Below are positions 9,866 to 20,184 of a DNA stretch of 64,000 nucleotides, piece after piece (the stretch's first letter is position 1; each line of letters begins with the position of its first letter). The DNA lies in contig CAWCKW010000012.1 in assembly GCA_963796285.1 (NCBI GenBank), forward strand, positions 1,856,001 to 1,920,000, given 5' to 3'. The notes under the pieces are model-generated. The model was given only the letters and a program-made list of their open reading frames with translations, was not told the origin of the DNA and made no database searches. The position numbers were made by a program, and so were the translations under genes. This DNA is from Nitrospirota bacterium (GTDB lineage: Bacteria > Nitrospirota > UBA9217).

Positions 9866-10876
9866 ATGAGCCATATACCGAATGAACCCGTCATCAAGAA
9901 GGAGGAAATCGCCGGAGATAAGGCCGGCGGAGATGGTCCTGAACAGAAGAATAATGGAATGAACAGGCGGGCATTCCTGGGGACCGTCGCAACGATCACC
10001 GGCGTGACCCTGGTTGGCGCTCAGGGTGTGGCGCGGGCGTCCGCGGACTTTTCCGGATGGCCGAACAGCTATGGGCTCCTGACAGACCTCACGGCCTGCG
10101 TGGGATGCCGGAGCTGCGAAAAGGCCTGCAACGAGGCGAACAAACTGCCTGCTCCGGACAAACCTTTTGACGACAGCTCTGTTTTCGACGAAAAGAGGAT
10201 GCCTACTCAAAAGGCATACACGGTGGTCAACCGGTATGAGAACTCGAAAGACGCGAGCAAACCGATCTACCGCAAAGTTCAATGCAACCACTGCAAGGAA
10301 CCGGCGTGTCTTACATCCTGTCCGATCCATGCGTATACCAAGACGCCGGAGGGCCCGGTCACCTATAACCCGGACCTCTGTTTCGGGTGCCGGTACTGCA
10401 TGACCGCCTGTCCCTTTAATATCCCGGCCTACGATTATTGGAGCGCGCTGGAGCCGCGGATCCAGAAATGCACTATGTGCGCTCCCCGCATCAAGGAAGG
10501 CAAGATCACCGCGTGCGCGGAGGCCTGTCCCGCGGGCGCGCTCACCTTCGGAAAGCGCGAGGACCTGCTGAAGCTCGCCCGAAAAAAGATAGCGGACAAT
10601 CCCGACAAGTACGTGGACCACATCTACGGGGAGAATGAGGTCGGCGGAACGAACTGGATGTATATCTCGGGCGTACCGTTCGAGCAGGTCGGCTTCCCGA
10701 CAAATCTCCCCAAAAGACCGCTCATCGAAGAGACGAAAGGGTTCCTCGGGGCGGTCCCCATCGTGCTGACGGCATGGCCCGCCCTCTTCGGGACCATCTA
10801 CGCGGCCCTGCGCCATAGAGACGCGATCGAGGAGGAAGACAAAAATGCGGAGAAAAAAGAGGGGGTGAAAAAATGA
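9866..10876 (+). CDS. HmcB/HybA-like Tat-exported 4x[4Fe-4S] protein
   Basis: NRRAFL Tat motif; [28 protein letters not shown]; [11 protein letters not shown]; C-terminal TM. Confidence 0.9.
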   Translation: MSHIPNEPVIKKEEIAGDKAGGDGPEQKNNGMNRRAFLGTVATITGVTLVGAQGVARASADFSGWPNSYGLLTDLTACVGCRSCEKACNEANKLPAPDKPFDDSSVFDEKRMPTQKAYTVVNRYENSKDASKPIYRKVQCNHCKEPACLTSCPIHAYTKTPEGPVTYNPDLCFGCRYCMTACPFNIPAYDYWSALEPRIQKCTMCAPRIKEGKITACAEACPAGALTFGKREDLLKLARKKIADNPDKYVDHIYGENEVGGTNWMYISGVPFEQVGFPTNLPKRPLIEETKGFLGAVPIVLTAWPALFGTIYAALRHRDAIEEEDKNAEKKEGVKK

Positions 10877-12126
10877 ATACGGAAATTGGCTTGAAAAGAA
10901 CGGAGGAGTCATCAGGAGATTTCCGCTCCTGGTTCACGAATAAACTCCTGATGGACATGACCTGGCCCGACTACTTTCGGAGCCTGCTCACACCCTTCAA
11001 CGTCGTTGCTGCGATCATCCTGAGTGTCGGACTGCCCGTTTTGGTGCTTCGGTTCTATTACGGACTCTACTTCGCCACGCATGCCTCGAACGAATACCCC
11101 TGGGGGCTGTACCTCGGCTGGGGGCTTTTCGGCGGCGTGCCACTTTCCGCCACTGGTTTCGTCATGGCGACGGCATACTACATTTTCGGTTTTAGAAGGT
11201 ACCACCCCCTGCTCAGGCTGGGCGTCCTGACCGGCTTCCTGGGCTATCTCTTCGCCGTGATCTATCTGCTCGTAGACCTGGGCAGACCGTGGAGGATCTA
11301 CTTCCCCATGATGATCGGGTTCGGCACGCAATCGGTGCTGTTCCTGGTGGCATGGCATGTGGCCACGTACCTGACGGTCCAGTTCGTTGAATTCAGCCCC
11401 GCCATTTTGGAGTGGCTTAAATCTAACCGGGTGCGAAAATGGGCGGTGATGCTCACGATCGGCATGACCATTGCCGGCATCATCCTCTCGACGCTCCACC
11501 AGTCAGCGCTCGGCGCCATGTATCTGCTCGTCCCGGGGAAACTGCACCCGTTGTGGTACAGTTCTTACCTGCCGGTGTTCTTCCTCACCTCGAGCATCTA
11601 CGCGGCACTTGCCATGGTGATCGTGGTGAGCACTCTCGCGGCCCGGTTCCTGAAAAAACGGTGCGACAGCGAGTTTCTTGAGAGCCTGCCCAAGCTGACC
11701 CTCGGCCTGGGGCAAGGCGCCGCAGTGGGCATGTATGTGTATTTCGTATTCAAGATCATCGGCATTGCCCATGACAGCAACTGGTCCCTCCTGAACACGC
11801 CCTACGGGTACTGGTTCCTCGTCGAGCTCCTGGGCTTCGTCCTCGCCCCGGCGCTCGTGTTTACCTACGGCGTTAAGAAGCAGAGCGTCGGCGTGGTGCG
11901 TTTTGCGGGCTTCTATGCTGTTCTGGGGATATTGGTCAACCGTATCAATGTCTCGATCATCGCCTTGAACTGGCAGCTTCCGGAACACCTTCATCACATT
12001 ATTCCGCCGTGGAAAGAAGCGGCGGTCGTCATGGCGATCGCAACGATTCATATCCTGATCTTCCGGTGGATCCTGAACCGTATGCCGGTGCTTCACGCTC
12101 ACCCGGATTATAAGGAATCGCACTGA
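10873..12126 (+). CDS. HmcC/HybB-like NrfD-family membrane subunit
   Basis: [26 protein letters not shown]. Confidence 0.9.
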   Translation: MNTEIGLKRTEESSGDFRSWFTNKLLMDMTWPDYFRSLLTPFNVVAAIILSVGLPVLVLRFYYGLYFATHASNEYPWGLYLGWGLFGGVPLSATGFVMATAYYIFGFRRYHPLLRLGVLTGFLGYLFAVIYLLVDLGRPWRIYFPMMIGFGTQSVLFLVAWHVATYLTVQFVEFSPAILEWLKSNRVRKWAVMLTIGMTIAGIILSTLHQSALGAMYLLVPGKLHPLWYSSYLPVFFLTSSIYAALAMVIVVSTLAARFLKKRCDSEFLESLPKLTLGLGQGAAVGMYVYFVFKIIGIAHDSNWSLLNTPYGYWFLVELLGFVLAPALVFTYGVKKQSVGVVRFAGFYAVLGILVNRINVSIIALNWQLPEHLHHIIPPWKEAAVVMAIATIHILIFRWILNRMPVLHAHPDYKESH

Positions 12127-12152
12127 ACCACATCAGTCCGAGGAGACTCGCG

Positions 12153-12187
12153 GGGATGTCCGTTGCAGCGGCGGACATCCCTCTTTA
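12153..12187 (+). terminator. Probable intrinsic terminator
   Basis: GGGATGTCCG/CGGACATCCC stem followed by TCTTT. Confidence 0.6.
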
Positions 12188-12203
12188 ACCTGAAAAAAAG
12201 GTT

Positions 12204-12351
12204 TTGACCACGGGTCCGCTACGCGAACATATGGATGAGTTCCGCAAAAAAACGATTTTATAATGAATAGGAAGCTCGTCCATTGATTGTTTTTGGATTT
12301 TTTTCCACTGTTATGACAAATCTTCGCTTATCCGTGTCTGTCCGTGGTTAA
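12204..12351. repeat. Short element bounded by imperfect inverted repeats
   Basis: TTGACCACGG ... CCGTGGTTAA with internal TCCGTG repeats and an AT-rich core. Confidence 0.4.
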
Positions 12352-12382
12352 GTTCTGTTCCCTGGATCAAAGGGGGTACGAC

Positions 12383-13828
12383 ATGAAGAGAATAGTGCAA
12401 AGTCCGTGGGTGGCCGTTCTGCTCTTCGTTCTGACACTGATAGCCGGACACGCGTGGGCGGATCCGGTACTCCTCTCCGACGAGACCCGGAGATGCCTCG
12501 ACTGTCACGCCAAGCCGGGCATCATCAAGTCGTTCCAGAACAACGAATCGGTGATCGCTTACGTGGATCCCGATAAATTTCAGTCCTCCGTTCATAATTC
12601 CCTGGACTGCCCAAGTTGTCATCCCGATTTCTCATCCGGACAACACCCCAGCCGGGCGTTCAAAAGCAAGGCGCATTATCAAATCAGGTCGTCCCTGGTG
12701 TGCAGGCAGTGTCATACCGACGAGCAGATCAAGCGGCGTGCGATCCATCGCGGTCTGCTGCTGGAGGAAAAAGCCGGGAAACCGCTCGTCTGTGCCAATT
12801 GTCACGGATCGCATACAATCACCCAGTTGTCTGGAATAAGCTCCTTCACGAATGAAGAACAGTACTGTCTGAAATGTCATAATCATGCGGTAACCTTACG
12901 TTTCAAGAACAACGAAATCCTCCCGCTGAAGGTGGATTCCCTCCTGCTGAAGACCTCGGTCCACGGCAAGCTGAGCTGCTCGGATTGCCACTTCGGGTTC
13001 TCCTCCGAAGAACACCCGCAGCGGAATTTCAGAACCCGCAGGGACTTCATCCTCGCCTCGGCGGAAAGCTGCAGGCGCTGCCACTTCGATAAATATACGA
13101 AAAGTCTCGAGAGCATTCACTACACCATGCTCAGCCAGGGAAAACTGGAAGCTCCTGTCTGCACCGACTGCCACGGGTCCCATGAGATCTACCGGGTCGG
13201 CAAGGATCGGACGGAGAGTGCGAAACGATGCCAGCGGTGCCATGCGAAAGAATACGACATCTATTCAAAAAGCGTTCACGGCAACGCGCTGTTCAACGAG
13301 CATAACCAGGATGTTCCCGTATGCGTGGACTGCCACACCGCGCACACGATCGAAGACCCGCTTTCCATGGATTACCGCGAGCGAATCCCCGAGATGTGCA
13401 GCAACTGCCATGCAAAAAAGGAGGTCGTCGGAAAATACGGACTTTCCACGGACGTCGAAAAAACCTATCTCTCCGACTTCCATGGCGTGTCACTGGGTCT
13501 GTATAAAATGCAGAAAGGGGAAACCTATAAACCGCATAAAGTCATTGCGGTCTGCACGGATTGCCACGGTACGCACAACATCATGAACACCCGGGGTGCC
13601 GAGTCCGCCGTCGTCAAGGCCAATCTGCTCAAACGTTGCCAAAAGTGCCATGCCAATGCCAACGAGCATTTTCCCGACGCCTGGCTCTCTCACTATGAAC
13701 CGAGCCTCAAAACAGCGCCGCTGGTCTTCCTCGCCGGTCTGGCGTATCAGATCTTCATACCCATCTTGCTGGCCGGGTTTGTTCTCCAGATCCTGCTGCA
13801 TATCTGGCGTTATGCGGTCAACAGATGA
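12383..13828 (+). CDS. Membrane-anchored 13-heme cytochrome c (CbcL-like c domain)
   Basis: Signal peptide, 13 CxxCH motifs counted, C-terminal TM helix. Confidence 0.9.
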   Translation: MKRIVQSPWVAVLLFVLTLIAGHAWADPVLLSDETRRCLDCHAKPGIIKSFQNNESVIAYVDPDKFQSSVHNSLDCPSCHPDFSSGQHPSRAFKSKAHYQIRSSLVCRQCHTDEQIKRRAIHRGLLLEEKAGKPLVCANCHGSHTITQLSGISSFTNEEQYCLKCHNHAVTLRFKNNEILPLKVDSLLLKTSVHGKLSCSDCHFGFSSEEHPQRNFRTRRDFILASAESCRRCHFDKYTKSLESIHYTMLSQGKLEAPVCTDCHGSHEIYRVGKDRTESAKRCQRCHAKEYDIYSKSVHGNALFNEHNQDVPVCVDCHTAHTIEDPLSMDYRERIPEMCSNCHAKKEVVGKYGLSTDVEKTYLSDFHGVSLGLYKMQKGETYKPHKVIAVCTDCHGTHNIMNTRGAESAVVKANLLKRCQKCHANANEHFPDAWLSHYEPSLKTAPLVFLAGLAYQIFIPILLAGFVLQILLHIWRYAVNR

Positions 13829-13900
13829 TGTGGTCGTGTGCAACCGAATAAAGCCGCCCGGGCGCTTGAACCGGCGGCGCGTTTCACCTTGGAGGTGACC

Positions 13901-14620
13901 ATGAATACCACGTTCAAACGATTCTGCACCATGCGCGTTATCGAGCACTGGATACAGCTGACAACCTTCAGCATCCTGGTCACAACCGGTTTGTCGCAAA
14001 AGTTCTTCACCCTCGACCTCTCCCGGTGGATCATCCTGCATATGGGCGGCATCAATAACGTGCGGATTGTTCACCGCTACACGGCCATTCTGTTCTCGTT
14101 GGCCGTTGCGGCGCACATCCTGACCGCGATCGTCGGGCTGGTCGTCAAACGATGGCAGCCATCCATGGTGATCACGCAGAACGACTTCCGGAACGCGGTG
14201 CACAATATCAGGTACTATCTGGGGAATGAGCGGTATCCCGCACCGGGAGGTAAATACAGCTACACGCAAAAATTCGAATACTGGGGCATTCTGACCGGCG
14301 GGTTGTTGATGATCTCGACCGGGGCCGTGCTCTGGAAACCCATGCTCATCACCAGTTTTATCAGTGGAGAAATTATTCCCGCCGCAAAGGTGCTGCACAC
14401 GAACGAGGCGCTGGTCGTCTTCCTCATCATCGCCCTCTGGCATATCTACAACGCCGTATTCAGCCCCGAAGTATTTCCGCTCAATACGAGCATTTTTACC
14501 GGCTCGATCTCGAGGAAGCGGATGCTCCATGAACACATCGTTGAGCTTGCACGAATCGAGGAGACGACAGTTGATGAGCTCAGGGCGCACTACCAGGAAG
14601 ACCCGGCTGACGAGCCATAG
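13901..14620 (+). CDS. Di-heme cytochrome b (FdnI/HydC-like)
   Basis: GGAGGTG RBS; EHW, VHR, KYSYTQKFEYW, LHTNEA, WHIY. Confidence 0.9.
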   Translation: MNTTFKRFCTMRVIEHWIQLTTFSILVTTGLSQKFFTLDLSRWIILHMGGINNVRIVHRYTAILFSLAVAAHILTAIVGLVVKRWQPSMVITQNDFRNAVHNIRYYLGNERYPAPGGKYSYTQKFEYWGILTGGLLMISTGAVLWKPMLITSFISGEIIPAAKVLHTNEALVVFLIIALWHIYNAVFSPEVFPLNTSIFTGSISRKRMLHEHIVELARIEETTVDELRAHYQEDPADEP

Positions 14621-14692
14621 CCAGCGGTCGACCGGGGAACTGGTCCTGTTCTGCCACTATCTTTTTTCTCGCAATTATTATATACTCATGCC

Positions 14693-16546
14693 ATGACCGC
14701 GCGCATAGGAAGCCTTCGTAAACGAATAACCCTGACCAACTTAACAGGCATATCGATCATTCTGTTGACGTTCAGTGTCGCCAGTTACTACATCATTCAG
14801 AAAAATATCGAGGAATCCCAGAACGCCAAGCTGGCCTTCGCGCGCCTTATCAGGAGCAACATCGACAATATTATAAAAGACAACATCAACCGCCTCTATG
14901 ACATATCGATGTCGGGCAAAATCGATCTGCGGGACAATGATTTCGGCCCTGAACGGGACGCGATCAGGACCGCCTACCGGTACTCGATCTTCACGGACGG
15001 CGTCTTCCTTCTGGATACGGGGGGAAATATTATTCTGAATTATCCAGAGAAGATCCGGGATACGGCGATCAACGTTTTGAGCATCGAACCGATCAGCAGG
15101 ATCATCGCAAACAACCGGCCAGTGGTCTCGAACGTTTACACGCTTGAACCGTCGGGCCGAAAGCTCATGTTCGTCCTCGTTCCGCTGAAGGATAAGCACG
15201 GAAATTCCGTAGGCGTGGCGGGCGGCGAGATCGATCCAACGAATCCCATACTGACCCGCATGCTCGGGTTGATTCACATGGGTAAAAACATGTTTATCGA
15301 CATTGTGGACTCGAACGGCGTGGTCATATCTTCATCGGATAGGACCCGCACCCTGACCCAGTGCAACCGCGATAACTTCTTTACCGGCATCATTGGCGAA
15401 AAGAGGGAGCGGGTAACGACCTGTCACAGCTGCCATATCTCCGGCTCCCGGAACGAAAAAAAGACCATGATCCTGGCCTTTGTCCCGCTCGAGATGGCGC
15501 CTTGGGGGATTGCCATTCAGGAACCCGAGGCCGAAGTATTCTTGGCGGCCTCCAGACTGAAACGAACATTCGCCGCCCTTGCCGTCGTCTTTATCGGGAC
15601 GGTCTTCATCGTGACCATCGGCATCAGCCGCAGTATCGTGAACCCACTGAACGATCTCATCCGGGGCACCGACAGGATCGCCAACGGAGATCTGTCGGAG
15701 CCTGTCCCGCTCCAGGGCAGCGACGAGATCGGAGCCCTGAGCCGGAGCTTCGAGACCATGCGGCTCAAGCTCGTCGAATCGATGGAGCGCATCATGAAGC
15801 ACGCCCAGGAGCTCGAGACACGGGTCCGCGAGAGAACCCTTCAGATCAACGCTAGCCGGAAACAGGGGGAGCTCCTCCTGGAAAAGGTCATCTCATCGCA
15901 GGAGGAGGAACGCAAGCGTATAGGACGCGAACTGCATGACGATACGCTGCAGGACCTGTCGGCAGCGGTGATGCAGATCGACATGTGCAAATTCAATCCC
16001 GTCAAGGTGTCCCCGCAGAGAATCGACAGCATCCGCGGGATCGTCGTCAATGCATTGGACCGCCTGACCGGCATCATTCAGAACCTGAGACCGACTCTCC
16101 TCGACGACCTCGGCCTCGTTCCAGCGATCAAGTCGCTCCTTGACATGCATCTTGGCGAGAACGGCATCCACTACTTTTTGAATTCCGCTAGCTTCGCGGA
16201 GCGCCGTTTCCGGCCTGAAGTGGAGATCACTCTGTTCAGGGTCGTACAGGAAGCTGTTTCGAACACGGCACGCCATGCCAAGGCGGAGAATTTCTTTATC
16301 ATGATGAAGGTCGATAAGGACATTATATCGGTAGATATCGAAGATGACGGAGAAGGGTTCAACCTCAACCTCCTCTATCCGCATAGAAGCCATGATGTGT
16401 TTGACAGTCGGGGGCTCGGCATGCTGGGTATGAAAGAGCGGGTGACACTGCTCGGCGGCACGATCCACTTGTGCTCCGCGCCGAGCCAGGGAACTCAGAT
16501 CGAAATCCGGATACCCCTTGCGAACACGGAGGTGACAAGTGCATAA
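14693..16546 (+). CDS. HisKA_3 sensor kinase with Cache-like domain containing CxxCH, plus HAMP
   Basis: Two TMs; CHSCH at 15422-15436; DEIGALSRSF; ERKRIGRELHD; DDGEGF; GLGMLGMKER. Confidence 0.9.
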   Translation: MTARIGSLRKRITLTNLTGISIILLTFSVASYYIIQKNIEESQNAKLAFARLIRSNIDNIIKDNINRLYDISMSGKIDLRDNDFGPERDAIRTAYRYSIFTDGVFLLDTGGNIILNYPEKIRDTAINVLSIEPISRIIANNRPVVSNVYTLEPSGRKLMFVLVPLKDKHGNSVGVAGGEIDPTNPILTRMLGLIHMGKNMFIDIVDSNGVVISSSDRTRTLTQCNRDNFFTGIIGEKRERVTTCHSCHISGSRNEKKTMILAFVPLEMAPWGIAIQEPEAEVFLAASRLKRTFAALAVVFIGTVFIVTIGISRSIVNPLNDLIRGTDRIANGDLSEPVPLQGSDEIGALSRSFETMRLKLVESMERIMKHAQELETRVRERTLQINASRKQGELLLEKVISSQEEERKRIGRELHDDTLQDLSAAVMQIDMCKFNPVKVSPQRIDSIRGIVVNALDRLTGIIQNLRPTLLDDLGLVPAIKSLLDMHLGENGIHYFLNSASFAERRFRPEVEITLFRVVQEAVSNTARHAKAENFFIMMKVDKDIISVDIEDDGEGFNLNLLYPHRSHDVFDSRGLGMLGMKERVTLLGGTIHLCSAPSQGTQIEIRIPLANTEVTSA

Positions 16547-17213
16547 AAAAAAGATCCTCATCGCCGATGACCACGCCCTCGTTCGGGAAGGGATCGCGGC
16601 CTTCCTCAGGCTCTGTGATGACGTCGAGGTGATAGCTGAGGCCTCAGACGGGATCGAGGCCATCGAGAAGACGAACAAACACCGTCCCGACATCATCATC
16701 ATGGACATCAATATGCCCAAGCTCGGAGGACTCGAAACCACGATCGAGATCAAGAGGATGCATCCCGACATCAAGGTGCTCGTACTGACGCAATATGAGG
16801 ACCGGGAATATATATCCCGGTTCCTGAAAGCGGGGGTTTCCGGATATCTGCTGAAAAAAGCGGTCGGAAGCGATTTGATCACGGCGCTCAAGGCCATCGG
16901 GCGAGGCGAGCTGTACCTCTATTCATCCATCGCTTCGGAGGTCGTGGCCGGCTATATCCAGGGAGAAAAAAAAATCGATGTGGAAAACCCCTACGAGAAA
17001 CTCAGTGACCGGGAAAAGCAGGTGCTAAAGCTCGTCGCCGAGGGATGCACACACAAGGAAGCAGCCGACATGCTGTGCATCAGCGTCAAAACCGTCATCG
17101 CCCATCAAACGAACATTAGCGAAAAGCTCGGCATTCATACCCGCGCAGGCTTGATCAAATTTGCGATACAAAAGGGGATTATCAAAATAGACGGTGTTAC
17201 CGGAGAGCGTTAG
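16539..17213 (+). CDS. NarL/LuxR-family response regulator
   Basis: IADDH, MDINMP, LSDREKQVLKLVAEG. Confidence 0.95.
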   Translation: MHKKKILIADDHALVREGIAAFLRLCDDVEVIAEASDGIEAIEKTNKHRPDIIIMDINMPKLGGLETTIEIKRMHPDIKVLVLTQYEDREYISRFLKAGVSGYLLKKAVGSDLITALKAIGRGELYLYSSIASEVVAGYIQGEKKIDVENPYEKLSDREKQVLKLVAEGCTHKEAADMLCISVKTVIAHQTNISEKLGIHTRAGLIKFAIQKGIIKIDGVTGER

Positions 17214-17494
17214 ACCTTCCCGTCAACCATCTCCCGCATTTCCTTCCCAGCCTTGAAAAACGGGACTTTCTTCGGCGGTACCGAGACGGTCTCGCCGGTC
17301 TTCGGGTTCCTGCCTTCCTTGGCGCGGCGGTGGCGGATCCGGAAACTGCCAAACCCCCGGATCTCGACCTTGTCTTCGCGGGACAAGGCGTCCTTGATGC
17401 CGTCGAGCACGGTGTTGACGATCACTTCCACCTGTTTCCTGGTCAACCCGGGCTTCTTCTCTGCAATTTTATCTACCAGCTCCGCCTTTGTCAT
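17210..17494 (-). CDS. ihfB: Integration host factor beta
   Basis: MTKAELV, VEIRGFGSF, GRNPKTGE, VPFFKAGK; downstream of rpsA-sppA. Confidence 0.9.
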   Translation of the reverse strand: MTKAELVDKIAEKKPGLTRKQVEVIVNTVLDGIKDALSREDKVEIRGFGSFRIRHRRAKEGRNPKTGETVSVPPKKVPFFKAGKEMREMVDGKV

Positions 17495-17532
17495 GCACAC
17501 TCCTCCTCACCCTTGATTCTCACACGTCCAGA

Positions 17533-18432
17533 TCACAGATACTGTAATGTCACGGAACTTCTGCCGACGCCTCGCGTAATAACATCCGCGATCCAGGCCG
17601 CGGATTCTTCCTTCAAATAGTCAAAGAAAGGGATCTTTTTTCTTTTTTCGATCACTCTCGGTTTTCCTCGGATCCCCACCAGTTCTCCTGCAACCTTGAT
17701 ACTGTCCGCCAGATCTCCCAGCTGGTCCACGAGCTTGAGATCGAGGGCCTGCCTGCCGGTGAAGATGCGGCCATCCGCGATGGCCCGCACTTCCGCCTCC
17801 TGCATATTCCGTCCTTCGGCAACGGCCTTGATGAACTGGCTGTGGACATCGTCGATCACGTCCTGAAGAAGTTTTTTCTCCTGCTCGGACATCTCGCGGA
17901 AGGGAGACCCCACATCCTTGTACTCACCTGCCTTCACCACCATCCCCTTCACCCCGATCTTCTCAAGGAGTTTTTCGATGTTGGCGAACTCCATCTTCAC
18001 GCCGATGCTTCCGGTAAGGGTGCCGGGGTTGGCTACGATCCTGTCCGCTGCCGCGGCCACATAATAACCACCCGACGCGGCAACTGTCCCCATGGAGGCA
18101 ACGACCTTTTTCCCCTCTTTCCTCGCGTTCTTCACTGCATTATAGATTTCCTGCGAAACGACGACGCCCCCTCCGGGACTGTCGATACGTAACACGATCG
18201 CCTTGACAGAGGAATCCTCGGCATACTCGTTCAGTTCTTCAACCACAGGCTCCGCGGTGATCAGCAGTCCCTCAAGCTTGACGAGCGCAACTTTGTCCGC
18301 TCCCACCATCTGCAGGGTCGTCGATGTCCGATTGTTCCCGGACAGCAGTGAGGCGAGGAACACAACACCGAAAAAAAGCGCTCCCAGCACGACTGCGGTC
18401 ATTACCACGATCAGGACGGGATTTTTTTTCAT
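17533..18432 (-). CDS. sppA: Signal peptide peptidase SppA (36K type)
   Basis: IDSPGG, AASGGYY, TGSIGV, DGRIFTG. Confidence 0.95.
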   Translation of the reverse strand: MKKNPVLIVVMTAVVLGALFFGVVFLASLLSGNNRTSTTLQMVGADKVALVKLEGLLITAEPVVEELNEYAEDSSVKAIVLRIDSPGGGVVVSQEIYNAVKNARKEGKKVVASMGTVAASGGYYVAAAADRIVANPGTLTGSIGVKMEFANIEKLLEKIGVKGMVVKAGEYKDVGSPFREMSEQEKKLLQDVIDDVHSQFIKAVAEGRNMQEAEVRAIADGRIFTGRQALDLKLVDQLGDLADSIKVAGELVGIRGKPRVIEKRKKIPFFDYLKEESAAWIADVITRGVGRSSVTLQYL

Positions 18433-20138
18433 GATGGATCTGTCCGTTCCTTCAACAGAGCGCCGATACTGGTATCGGGTTTCTCTTGCTGGCTCATGTA
18501 ATCTTTCAGGGTCGACCGATCATTGCCCTTGATCTGCGCCTTGACCGAGAGCGCAATCTTTCGCTCACCCTTGTCGACCTTGATCACGCGGGCGATCACC
18601 TCATCGCCTTCCTTGAACGCTGGGGAGTCCTTCACCATCTCCGAGGCAGGGATCAGACCTTCAATACCATGCTCGAGTTCAACAAACGCACCGAAGTCGG
18701 CGAGTTTCGTCACCTTGACGGTTTCATCCTGACCGACCTTGTATCGCTCCGGGATCGCCTTGTCCCATGGGTCCGGGGTCAGCTGCTTGAGCCCCAGCGA
18801 GATGCGCTCTTTTTGCGCATCGATGGAAAGAACCACGGCTCTGATCTTCTGACCTTTTTTGAGCACCTCGGACGGGTTCTTGACGTGCTTGGTCCACGAC
18901 AGGTCGGAGATGTGGATGAGCCCGTCGATGCCCTCTTCCAGACCGATAAAGGCCCCGAAATCGGTGATAGTCTTGACCTTCCCCTCTACCTCGGACCCAA
19001 CGGGATATCGATCGCCGATGCTGTGCCAGGGATTGGGTGCGATCTGCTTCATGCCGAGCGAGATCCTCTTGCCAGCCGGGTCCACTGCCAGGACCTGTGC
19101 TTCGACCATATCACCGACTGAGACGACCTTCGAAGGGTGTTTCACCCTTTGCGTCCACGACATCTCGGAAACATGGATCAAACCTTCAACGCCCCGCTCC
19201 AGTTCGATGAAAGCCCCGTAGTCCGTGAGGCTTACCACCTTGCCGCTGACCCTGCTGCCGACCGCAAACTTCTGAGAGGCCGCAAGCCAGGGGTCCTCTG
19301 TCTTCTGCTTGATGCCGAGAGAGACCTTTTGCTTCTCCCTGTCATACTTCAGCACAACCACTTCTATCTTGTCGCCCAACTTCAAGATCTCGGACGGATG
19401 GCTGATCCTGCCCCAGGACATGTCGGTAATGTGCAGCAGGCCGTCAATGCCCCCGAGGTCCACAAAGGCGCCATACTCCGTAACATTCTTGATTGTGCCG
19501 GTCACCACCTGGCCCTCGACGAGAGAGGAGAGCGTTTCCTCCTTTTTCACGTTCAGGTGCTGCTCGAGGATGGCCCTTCGGGAGAGCACGATATTGCCCC
19601 GACCCGAGTTCATTTTGAGGATCTTCAGATCCAGCACCTGGCCGATCATCCTGTTCATCTGTTGCACAGGCTTGGTATCGATCTGCGAGCCCGGCAGGAA
19701 CGCCTCCACTCCCCCGATATCGACGGTCAACCCGCCCTTGATCACCGAGACGACCCGTCCTTTCACCGGGGTGCCGGTCTGATGCGCCCGATTCAGATCG
19801 TCCCAGACCTGCAGTTTTTTCGCCTTTTCCCGAGAGAGCATCAGGTTGCCGTTCGCGTCTTCCGCGGCCTCAAGCAGCACCTCAAGCTCATCGCCGGGTT
19901 TGAGGGCCTTCAGTTCCTCCGGGGTAAACTGCTCTACGGGGATGATGCCGTCGGATTTGTACCCGAGGTCCAGCATCACGAAACCGGACCGGACCTGCAA
20001 TACCCTGCCCCGCACCACGGTCCCCGATTTGAAGCTCTTCAACGACTGGCTGTAGAGCTGTTCGAACTCGTTCTGCTGACTTGCTTCATCCGGCGTCTCG
20101 TTCTCATCTTGCTCGATATTTCCCTGACTCTCGTTCAT
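18429..20138 (-). CDS. rpsA: 30S ribosomal protein S1
   Basis: Six S1 repeats (YGAFVDLGGIDGLLHITDMSW and similar). Confidence 0.97.
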   Translation of the reverse strand: MNESQGNIEQDENETPDEASQQNEFEQLYSQSLKSFKSGTVVRGRVLQVRSGFVMLDLGYKSDGIIPVEQFTPEELKALKPGDELEVLLEAAEDANGNLMLSREKAKKLQVWDDLNRAHQTGTPVKGRVVSVIKGGLTVDIGGVEAFLPGSQIDTKPVQQMNRMIGQVLDLKILKMNSGRGNIVLSRRAILEQHLNVKKEETLSSLVEGQVVTGTIKNVTEYGAFVDLGGIDGLLHITDMSWGRISHPSEILKLGDKIEVVVLKYDREKQKVSLGIKQKTEDPWLAASQKFAVGSRVSGKVVSLTDYGAFIELERGVEGLIHVSEMSWTQRVKHPSKVVSVGDMVEAQVLAVDPAGKRISLGMKQIAPNPWHSIGDRYPVGSEVEGKVKTITDFGAFIGLEEGIDGLIHISDLSWTKHVKNPSEVLKKGQKIRAVVLSIDAQKERISLGLKQLTPDPWDKAIPERYKVGQDETVKVTKLADFGAFVELEHGIEGLIPASEMVKDSPAFKEGDEVIARVIKVDKGERKIALSVKAQIKGNDRSTLKDYMSQQEKPDTSIGALLKERTDPS

Positions 20139-20184
20139 TAAAATACCTTACCTCCCGAAAATATATGGTCGGCACCTGCGACGA

